Both the position numbers and the translations under genes were made by a program. This document shows positions 57,172 through 64,000 of a stretch of DNA of 64,000 nt, one piece after another. Source of the DNA: an uncultured Bacteroidales bacterium (lineage in GTDB: Bacteria > Bacteroidota > Bacteroidia > Bacteroidales > UBA7960); NCBI GenBank assembly GCA_964453995.1, contig CAYVQC010000007.1, forward strand, positions 16,815 to 80,814. Direction: 5' to 3'. The notes under the pieces were generated by a model that saw only the letters and a program-made list of their open reading frames with translations, did not search any database and was not told where the DNA came from. The stretch's first letter is position 1, and every line of letters begins with the position of its first letter.

Positions 57172-57906
57172 ATGTTCATTCTGTTTTTACGCGAAATCAA
57201 TAATTTCTTTAACAACCTTATTGGTTACATTTCCATCGGGGTTTTTCTTGTTATCAACAGTTTGTTTTTGTGGGTATTTCCCCTGGATACGAATGTAATT
57301 CAATCGGGCTATGCCAATCTGGAAGGGCTTTTCAGTATGGGGCCCTTTGTATTCCTGTTCCTTATTCCTGCCATTACCATGCGTTTTTTTGCCGATGAGA
57401 AAAAAAGCGGTACCATCGAATTTTTGCTTACCAAACCCCTGAGCGACATGCAGATCGTTGTTGCCAAGTATCTTGCAGCTCTTGTGTTGGTGGTGTTTTC
57501 CCTTTTGCCTACTCTGATCTATGTAATTACGGTGTACTGGTTTGGCCTGCCGGTAGGAAACCTGGACATGGGAGCAACCTGGGGTTCCTACCTTGGATTG
57601 CTTTTTCTGGGAGCAACATTTGTTTCTATAGGTCTGTTTGCATCATCCCTTACCGATAACCAGATCGTTTCATTTATCATTTCCATTTTCCTTTGCGGCT
57701 TTGCCTATATCGGTTTCGAATTTATATACACACTCGATTTGTTTGGCCAAATTGACCTTTTCATTCGCAACATGGGAATTTTTGCTCATTATACATCGAT
57801 CAGCAGGGGAGTGGTGGACAGCCGGGATGTGATTTATTTTCTGAGCGTGATCTTTGTGTTTCTCCTTCTCACCAGGATAAAACTGGAAAGCAGAAAATGG
57901 ATATAG
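57172..57906 (+). CDS. gldF: Gliding-motility-associated ABC transporter permease GldF
   Basis: 244-aa ABC-2 type permease. The N-terminus REINNFFNNLIGYISIGVFLVINSLFLWVFP matches the GldF pattern. A GldG-like gene follows directly. Confidence 0.75.
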   Translation: MFILFLREINNFFNNLIGYISIGVFLVINSLFLWVFPLDTNVIQSGYANLEGLFSMGPFVFLFLIPAITMRFFADEKKSGTIEFLLTKPLSDMQIVVAKYLAALVLVVFSLLPTLIYVITVYWFGLPVGNLDMGATWGSYLGLLFLGATFVSIGLFASSLTDNQIVSFIISIFLCGFAYIGFEFIYTLDLFGQIDLFIRNMGIFAHYTSISRGVVDSRDVIYFLSVIFVFLLLTRIKLESRKWI

Positions 57907-57991
57907 AATACCGCACTTGCTGAGTGGAATTTGATAATAAACAGACAAATAAAGAGGCAACATTGAAGTGAAAAAAGAACCAGGAAGCCAT

Positions 57992-59707
57992 ATGAACAAG
58001 ACTGAAAGACCACGTAATATAAATACCCGCAGGCAAAATATTAAGAGTCTGCTCTTTAGTCTTTTGATCATCCTTGCCATCAATATGCTGGGTTCAAGAT
58101 ATTTTGTACGACTTGACCTTACCTCGGAAAAACGATACACACTAACCCCGGCAACCAAAGATTTGCTCCGGGAATTGGATGATTATGTATATTTCAGGGT
58201 TTATCTTGACGGGGAATTTCCTGCCGGATTCAAGCGCCTGCGCAATCAAACCCTTGAGATGCTTGATGAGTTCAGGGCGTATTCTGATTTTGTGCAGTAT
58301 GAATTTATCAATCCTACAGTGAAAGGAGATTGGGAGCGTACCGAAGAAAACTACACCAACTTGGTAAACAAGGGTTTGCAGCCTACCCAATTGCAGGTTA
58401 CAGAGGAAGATGCCAGCTCACAACAAGTCATTTTTCCAGGAGCTATTGCCAATTACCGGGATCGGGAAGTAGCCATTTCGCTTCTTCAGGATCAGATGGG
58501 AATGTCTTCAGAGAATGTGATCAACCATTCTGTGCAGGCATTGGAATACAACCTGGCTTCTGCCATTCACCAGTTAAGTGTTGAAAAGAAACCGCGTGTT
58601 GCTTTCCTGGAAGGAAATGGTGAGCTTGAGCAGCGCTATGTAGCTGATATTACATTTAGCCTGCAGGATTTTTATGAGGTGGGGCGGATTGCAATTAATG
58701 GCGATCCCAGGGCGCTGGATGGTATCAGTACACTTGTGGTGGCCCAACCCCAGCAAGAATTCTCCGAACCCGATAAGTTTGTTATTGATCAGTTTATTAT
58801 GAATGGAGGATCGGTATTATGGCTGGTTGATCCGGTATTTGCGTCTATGGATAGTCTTCAGCTTAAGCCCGAAACTATTGGCATGGCATGGCCACTGAAC
58901 CTTGATGATATGCTTTTTCGTTATGGTGCAAGACTCAATACTGACCTTGTAATGGATATGCAGGCAACACCCATTCCCATTACAACGGGTTTTGTAGGCG
59001 ACCGGCCACAAATCAATCTTATCCCCTGGTTTTATTTTCCACTGGTGAGTCCTGCATCAGATCATCCCATGGTACGGAATCTCAATGCGGTTCGTACCGA
59101 ATTTGTCAGTACTATTGACACGGTAATGGCCGAAGGAGTGCAGAAAACCTTTCTTCTGCAATCTAGTCCATATACACGCATTGAGCAAACACCAGCCCGT
59201 ATTTCCTTTGATATTATGGAACAACGTGTAGATGAATCGCTTTACAGCGAAGGATCCAAACCCGTTGCTGTATTGCTTGAAGGAGAGTTTCCTTCATTGT
59301 ATACAAACCGGCGCAGCCCGGTTGCCGATCTGCCACGGGATTATCAAAGGCTCGACAAGGGAGAATCTACCGCTATGGTGGTAGTCGCTGATGGTGATAT
59401 CATACGCAACCAGTTTGATAACAGGGAACAGCCTTTGCCGCTGGGTTATGATCGATTCCTGGATCAGACCTTTGGCAATGCAGATTTCATTCTTAATGCC
59501 ATTAACTACCTCAACGACGACCGCGGAATCATGGAATCGCGGGCCAGGGAAGTTCGCCTGCGCATGCTGGACCGTAACAGAGTATCTCAAAACCGACTTG
59601 CTATACAGCTGGTGAATGTTGCGGTACCTGTAATCTTGTTACTTGTTTTTGGGTTTATAAGATTTTTCCTGAGAAAGAAAAAGTACAGCACTATTAAAAC
59701 ACACTGA
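57992..59707 (+). CDS. gldG: Gliding-associated ABC transporter auxiliary component GldG
   Basis: About 570 aa, with N- and C-terminal TM anchors and a large periplasmic region (RYTLTPATKDLLRELDDYVYFRVYLDGEFP). The track ORF starts at GTG 57968, but I prefer the ATG at 57992. Confidence 0.75.
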   Translation: MNKTERPRNINTRRQNIKSLLFSLLIILAINMLGSRYFVRLDLTSEKRYTLTPATKDLLRELDDYVYFRVYLDGEFPAGFKRLRNQTLEMLDEFRAYSDFVQYEFINPTVKGDWERTEENYTNLVNKGLQPTQLQVTEEDASSQQVIFPGAIANYRDREVAISLLQDQMGMSSENVINHSVQALEYNLASAIHQLSVEKKPRVAFLEGNGELEQRYVADITFSLQDFYEVGRIAINGDPRALDGISTLVVAQPQQEFSEPDKFVIDQFIMNGGSVLWLVDPVFASMDSLQLKPETIGMAWPLNLDDMLFRYGARLNTDLVMDMQATPIPITTGFVGDRPQINLIPWFYFPLVSPASDHPMVRNLNAVRTEFVSTIDTVMAEGVQKTFLLQSSPYTRIEQTPARISFDIMEQRVDESLYSEGSKPVAVLLEGEFPSLYTNRRSPVADLPRDYQRLDKGESTAMVVVADGDIIRNQFDNREQPLPLGYDRFLDQTFGNADFILNAINYLNDDRGIMESRAREVRLRMLDRNRVSQNRLAIQLVNVAVPVILLLVFGFIRFFLRKKKYSTIKTH

Positions 59708-59811
59708 GTGATTTCTGACAATGTCTGATGCCTAGGGTCCTTTGGACTGGTGATGGGAGTTTCATTATTCAGTTTGTTTCAGGTGAGTTAATGTAATCAT
59801 CCTATTCGATT

Positions 59812-60879
59812 ATGAGCAAGAAAAGAAGAAGCTTTTATTTCCCGGCAACAGTTTTGCTGTTGGTAATTGCCGCAGGTGTTTATTTTTTTTCCGAAACCCA
59901 GGCAACTTTCCGTGCCAAAGACCGTGATTTTTCGGTAAGCAGGGATATGGACATCGTGCGAATTTATATGAGCAGTGCTGATGCTGAAAATATACTGGAC
60001 CTCACATTTGATGAAGAAACAGATGAATGGAGGCTCAATGATACTTTGTTTGCCAATGATTCTGCAATCAGGGAACTTATTGAAGTTCTTTCGCGCCTCA
60101 GGGTTCAGCAGCCGGTAAGTGTTGTCAACAGAGAGAAAGTAGAGAAAATGTTGCAATCCTACGGAGTACGGGTTGATGTTTATGTGCAGGCCTATCGTAT
60201 CAGAATAGGTGACTTTGAAATGCTGCCCTACCACGATCTTTATCAGTCATTTTTAGTGGGCAAAGATGCTCCTGATGGGCAAAGCACGTATATGCGAAAG
60301 ATCAAATCAGAACAAGCTTTTAGGGTTACTCATTCCGGTTTTGAAGAGGGAGTTTCCTTCCTGTTTGATCCCGGTGCCAAGGGTTGGCTCGATCCGGTTA
60401 TTTTTAATACGGCCTGGGAGGCTTTGGACCAGGTTACCGTTATTGTGCCCGAAGAACCAGGGGAATCTTTTGTGCTGAAAACTACCGGTGAAACTGGCTT
60501 CGCATTTTATCAGCCCGATAATCCAGATCAGCCTTTGCAGCTTTCTTTTGATACTCTGCAGGTGGCAAGGTTTCTATCTTCCTTTGAAGATATTTATTAC
60601 GAGAGCCTTCTTGATGAACAGGGTGAAAAAACCAGACAAGAACTTATGGTGGAGAAACCATTTATGGAAATAACAGTACAACCTAAGAACGGGGCCATTA
60701 GAAAGATAAGGGCTTTTGCCCGGCTCAATCCAGGCGGTAATGCTTTGTCTGCTGAAGGCACCCCCCTTGACCCAAACAGATTTTACATTGAACTGGGGCC
60801 CGGTGAATATGCACTGGCACAGTATTATGTTTTTAACCGCATCCTGCGCCCGCTCTCATTCTTTATAAGCAAAAATTAA
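59812..60879 (+). CDS. DUF4340-like membrane-anchored protein
   Basis: 355 aa. An N-terminal TM helix is followed by the pattern FRAKDRDFSV..DI..I, typical of the protein that follows gldG in Bacteroidota. The family name is from memory. Confidence 0.55.
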   Translation: MSKKRRSFYFPATVLLLVIAAGVYFFSETQATFRAKDRDFSVSRDMDIVRIYMSSADAENILDLTFDEETDEWRLNDTLFANDSAIRELIEVLSRLRVQQPVSVVNREKVEKMLQSYGVRVDVYVQAYRIRIGDFEMLPYHDLYQSFLVGKDAPDGQSTYMRKIKSEQAFRVTHSGFEEGVSFLFDPGAKGWLDPVIFNTAWEALDQVTVIVPEEPGESFVLKTTGETGFAFYQPDNPDQPLQLSFDTLQVARFLSSFEDIYYESLLDEQGEKTRQELMVEKPFMEITVQPKNGAIRKIRAFARLNPGGNALSAEGTPLDPNRFYIELGPGEYALAQYYVFNRILRPLSFFISKN

Positions 60880-60913
60880 ACGGCCCACAGGGCATCCGAT
60901 TAGATTAAAAAAG

Positions 60914-60921
60914 TATCTTTG
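60914..60921 (+). promoter_or_regulatory. Candidate -7 box (TATCTTTG) for dnaN
   Basis: Exact match, 28 nt upstream of the ATG at 60949. It overlaps the TTG that opens the track ORF at 60919. Confidence 0.5.
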
Positions 60922-60948
60922 CAAACGTATCATAAAACAGGTAAAAAT

Positions 60949-62073
60949 ATGAAGTTTATAGTATCGAGCAATTTGCTGCTTAAGCAATTACAATCAATCA
61001 GCGGTGTTTTGAGCACCAACAATACCTTACCCATCCTGGACAACTTCCTGTTTGAGTTGAATGAAAATGAGCTGAAGGTTTCGGCCTCTGACCTGGAAAC
61101 TACTATGACAGCACGTCTTACAGTGGATATGGCTGAAGATGAGGGTAATATAGCCATCCCGGCCAAACTTCTGCTGGATACACTGAAAACTTTTTCTGAC
61201 ATACCCGTTACCCTGGATATTGACAAGGAGAGCTTTGGCGTTACCCTCATTGCGGGGGACGGAAAATACCGCCTTGCCGGGCAGGATGGAGAGGAATATC
61301 CCCGCCCTGCTGCCATTGACGGTGCTTCGGGATTGAAAATAGAATCAGATATTTTGCACAATGCCATTAGTAAGACCATCTTTGCCGCCAGCAATGATGA
61401 GCTGCGCCCTGCCATGAGTGGTGTATTTTGCGAACTCACCACCGAAAACGTAACTTTTGTTGCAACCGATGCCCATAAACTCGTTCGTTATCGCAGAAAC
61501 GATATCCAGGCTTCTGACAACGTATCTTTTATTCTTCCCAAGAAGCCTCTCAACCAGCTGAAGGGCATCCTGGCAACCGACGAAGCTTCTGTAGATCTTG
61601 AGTTTAATGATAAAAATGCAAGGTTTACCTTTAAAAATATCACCATGACCTGCCGGCTTATTGAAGGAAAGTACCCTAATTATTCGGCGGTTATACCACT
61701 GGAAAATCCCAACAAGCTTACCCTTGATCGTTCTCCGTTTCTCAATGCTATCAGAAGGGTATCATTGTTTTCCAACCAGGCTACTTACCAGGTAAAATTC
61801 AAAATTGCAGGTACTGAGCTGCACCTGATGGCCGAAGATCTCGATTACAGCAACGAAGCAAGAGAGAGGCTGAACTGTCATTTTGAAGGTAATGATATGG
61901 AAATAGGATTCAACAGTAAATTTATGGTGGAGATGCTCAATAACCTGGAAACAGATCAGGTGGTTCTTGAAATGTCGGAACCCAACCGCGCCGGCCTTAT
62001 CCTTCCCCTGGACGACGATAATAAAGATGAAGATATCCTTATGCTGGTAATGCCTGTTATGCTCAACGCTTAA
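60949..62073 (+). CDS. dnaN: DNA polymerase III beta sliding clamp
   Basis: The N-terminus is MKFIVSSNLLLKQLQSISGVLSTNNTLPILDNFLFEL..LKVSASDLE, and the 374-aa length fits. This is M11 of the track ORF. Confidence 0.9.
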   Translation: MKFIVSSNLLLKQLQSISGVLSTNNTLPILDNFLFELNENELKVSASDLETTMTARLTVDMAEDEGNIAIPAKLLLDTLKTFSDIPVTLDIDKESFGVTLIAGDGKYRLAGQDGEEYPRPAAIDGASGLKIESDILHNAISKTIFAASNDELRPAMSGVFCELTTENVTFVATDAHKLVRYRRNDIQASDNVSFILPKKPLNQLKGILATDEASVDLEFNDKNARFTFKNITMTCRLIEGKYPNYSAVIPLENPNKLTLDRSPFLNAIRRVSLFSNQATYQVKFKIAGTELHLMAEDLDYSNEARERLNCHFEGNDMEIGFNSKFMVEMLNNLETDQVVLEMSEPNRAGLILPLDDDNKDEDILMLVMPVMLNA

Positions 62074-62091
62074 GAATCCCTGATAATACGC

Positions 62092-62148
62092 AAAAAGCCT
62101 GGAATGTGGTTATGCACGATCTGCAAACATTTCAGGCTTTTTCTTTTT
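62092..62148. terminator. Bidirectional intrinsic terminator between dnaN and the ABC-F gene
   Basis: An 11-bp stem agcctggaatg (62096..62106) / catttcaggct (62128..62138) contains one G:U pair. An A-run precedes it and the T-run ttttcttttt follows. Confidence 0.65.
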
Positions 62149-62164
62149 GTCCTTTACAGCGCTT

Positions 62165-64000
62165 TCAGAGCCATTGCGATAATTCGAGCCAACGGTTTTC
62201 CTTCTCTTCCAATTGTTTTTCTATTTCTGCATAATCTTTTGCCTTTTTTTGCAACTCTTCCGCCGAGAGGGTACCTGAGTTAAGCAATTCCATTGTAGAG
62301 TGTTTCTTGCTTTCCAGCTCAGCGATAATGATTTCCAGTGCTTCCAGTTCCCGTTGTTCTTTCCAGGTTAGCTTTTTCTTTTCGGAGGCAACGGGAGTGT
62401 TTTGTTCTGGTAAAGATGTTTGGCGGGCAGACTTTTTTTCCTGGCTCTTTTCCGCTGCTTTCTTTTCCTGGTATTCGGTATAATTGCCGGGAAAGTTTTT
62501 AATTTTCCCATCTCCTTCAAACACAAAAATGGAATCGACAAGGTTATCGAGAAAATACCGGTCGTGCGATACTACAATAAGACAACCGGGGAAGTTTTCA
62601 AGAAAATCTTCCAACACATTGAGGGTTGCAATATCCAGATCATTGGTAGGCTCGTCGAGAATAAGAAAGTTGGGGTTTTTCATCAGCACAGTCATCAGGT
62701 GCAACCTGCGCTTTTCTCCACCACTGAGTTTTCTTACCAAATCGTTTTGGGCAGCATAGGAAAAGTTAAAGTAATGCAGAAACTGGGCGGCACTGAAGGT
62801 AACATTTTTGTTGATTCTGATCTGTTCGGCGATATCACTGATTACTTCAATCACTCTTTTATTGTCATCTACCTTTATTCCTTCCTGGGTAAAATATCCA
62901 AATTGTACGGTTTCACCCCTGGTAACCTTTCCCTGGTCAGGAGCCAGATTCTGTGTAATGATATTGAGCAGGGTGGTCTTTCCTGTACCATTCATCCCAA
63001 CGATACCTACCTTTTCGTTTTTTTTGAAGATGTAGGAAAAGTTGCTGATGATTTTTTTTTCGCCAAAAGATTTGTATACACCTTCCAGCTCAAGGATTTT
63101 TTTGCCCATGCGTGCTGTCTGGATGTTTATTTCCTGGCTTTGTAATGAGGTTTGCATGGAAGCAGCCTCTTTGAGCTGGTAATACGCATCAATACGGGCT
63201 TTTGATTTTGTAGTGCGTGCTTTTGGCTGCCGGCGCATCCACTCAGTTTCCTTTCTGAGCAGGTTGCGGGCTTTTTCGGTTTGTTGCAACATTGCTGCCT
63301 CGCGTTCTTGTTTCTTTTCCAGGAAATAGGCATAATTGCCATTGTAGCGGTACAGGTTTCCCTGGTCAAGTTCTACAATCTCATTGCACACATTATCAAG
63401 GAAATAGCGGTCGTGGGTAACCAGGAAAAGGGTAAGTTTCTGTCGGGCAAGGTAATCTTCGAGCCACTCGATCATTTGCAGGTCGAGGTGGTTGGTGGGT
63501 TCATCCAGGATGATAAAATCGGCTGAGTCAATGAGAATCTTAGCCAGAGCAACTCTTTTTACCTGCCCTCCGGAGAGTTCTCCCATGGGTTGGTTAAGGT
63601 TTTCTATTTTCAACTGCGAAAGGATCTGCTTTATCCTGGCTTCGAGATCCCAGGCATTAAGCTGATCCATAGCCTGTACAAGCTGTTGGAGCTTGTCATT
63701 ATCGAATTGGGATGAGTTTTTTTCCTGGAGAGCAATCTGCTCCTGGTACTCCCTTAATGTGTTGATGGCAGGGCTATTGTCATTGAGAATCGTTTCTATT
63801 ACACTTGGATTTGGATCAAAGTCAGGGTTTTGATCCAGGCAGGCCACAGTAATATCTTTTCTGAAATTACAGGATCCGGAATCAGCTATATCACGCTGCA
63901 TCATAATGTTGATGAGGGTGGTTTTGCCAGCGCCGTTGCGGGCGATCAGGCCAACTTTCTGTCCCTGATCAATGCCAAAAGAGATGTTTTCGAACAATAG
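62165..64000 (-). CDS. ABC-F family ATPase (Uup-like, C-terminal coiled coil), N-terminus outside the window
   Basis: Two cassettes are present: NGAGKTTL / LSGGQVKRVALA / ILDEPTNHLD and MNGTGKTTL / LSGGEKRRLHL / LILDEPTNDLD. There are no TM segments. The track start at 63997 is a TTG and the frame stays open to base 64000. Confidence 0.85.
   Translation of the reverse strand, partial: LLFENISFGIDQGQKVGLIARNGAGKTTLINIMMQRDIADSGSCNFRKDITVACLDQNPDFDPNPSVIETILNDNSPAINTLREYQEQIALQEKNSSQFDNDKLQQLVQAMDQLNAWDLEARIKQILSQLKIENLNQPMGELSGGQVKRVALAKILIDSADFIILDEPTNHLDLQMIEWLEDYLARQKLTLFLVTHDRYFLDNVCNEIVELDQGNLYRYNGNYAYFLEKKQEREAAMLQQTEKARNLLRKETEWMRRQPKARTTKSKARIDAYYQLKEAASMQTSLQSQEINIQTARMGKKILELEGVYKSFGEKKIISNFSYIFKKNEKVGIVGMNGTGKTTLLNIITQNLAPDQGKVTRGETVQFGYFTQEGIKVDDNKRVIEVISDIAEQIRINKNVTFSAAQFLHYFNFSYAAQNDLVRKLSGGEKRRLHLMTVLMKNPNFLILDEPTNDLDIATLNVLEDFLENFPGCLIVVSHDRYFLDNLVDSIFVFEGDGKIKNFPGNYTEYQEKKAAEKSQEKKSARQTSLPEQNTPVASEKKKLTWKEQRELEALEIIIAELESKKHSTMELLNSGTLSAEELQKKAKDYAEIEKQLEEKENRWLELSQWL

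Noticed and set aside
60919-60948. TTG-initiated 10-codon extension of dnaN
   Set aside because: It overlaps the TATCTTTG -7 box, and MKFIVSS at 60949 is the canonical clamp N-terminus. The same logic trimmed 20679..20765, 24199..24231 and 57968..57991.
62420-63145. 241-aa plus-strand ORF (and others) antisense to the ABC-F gene
   Set aside because: It lies fully inside a gene with two unmistakable ABC cassettes, and its translation is Phe/Ile/Leu-rich with no motifs. Antisense ORFs in mutL (19870..20415 and others), the kinase (13210..13638 and others), the TonB receptor and the FtsX permease were rejected for the same reason.

Overview
This is a chromosomal segment from a Bacteroidota-type bacterium. 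It is about 90% coding, with roughly 43 protein genes and one tRNA-His. The phylum call rests on four things: T9SS parts (PorP/SprF and a type-B CTD cargo), gldF/gldG, a TonB-dependent receptor with lipoprotein partners, and exact TAnnTTTG -7 promoter boxes upstream of several genes (26-47 nt from the start codon; 16 nt from the tRNA-His 5' end). I saw no rRNA, CRISPR array, transposase, integrase, phage gene or recognisable defence or toxin-antitoxin gene. Housekeeping genes are gdhA (5' truncated), a trmJ-like gene, an MscS-like channel, mutL, purC, phoH, dnaN and an ABC-F ATPase (truncated at the window end). Three blocks deserve a second look. (1) 37.4-53.8 kb holds a three-gene T9SS cargo module: a 12.5-kb gene for a 4173-aa SprB-repeat surface protein with a type-B C-terminal sorting domain, then a TPR/PD40/OmpA-family gene, then a PorP/SprF gene. 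The giant gene carries an exact 1617-bp in-frame tandem super-repeat. (2) 3.5-11.6 kb holds a SusD-less TonB-dependent receptor operon with two paralogous surface lipoproteins. It sits divergent from a secreted DNase I-fold (EEP) nuclease and a tiny basic RHH-like protein, and may be an extracellular nucleic-acid capture and uptake locus. (3) 30-37.3 kb holds kynureninase, split LKR and SDH genes of the saccharopine pathway, and a long-form KamA-like radical SAM enzyme with an uncharacterised ~235-aa N-terminal extension. None of these is a proven new system. Blocks 1 and 2 are the best candidates. All family names (DUF5689, choice-of-anchor J, DUF4340, DUF302 and so on) come from motifs I recognised by eye in the supplied translations. 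No database or HMM search was run, so they need verification. Track coordinates include the stop codon.
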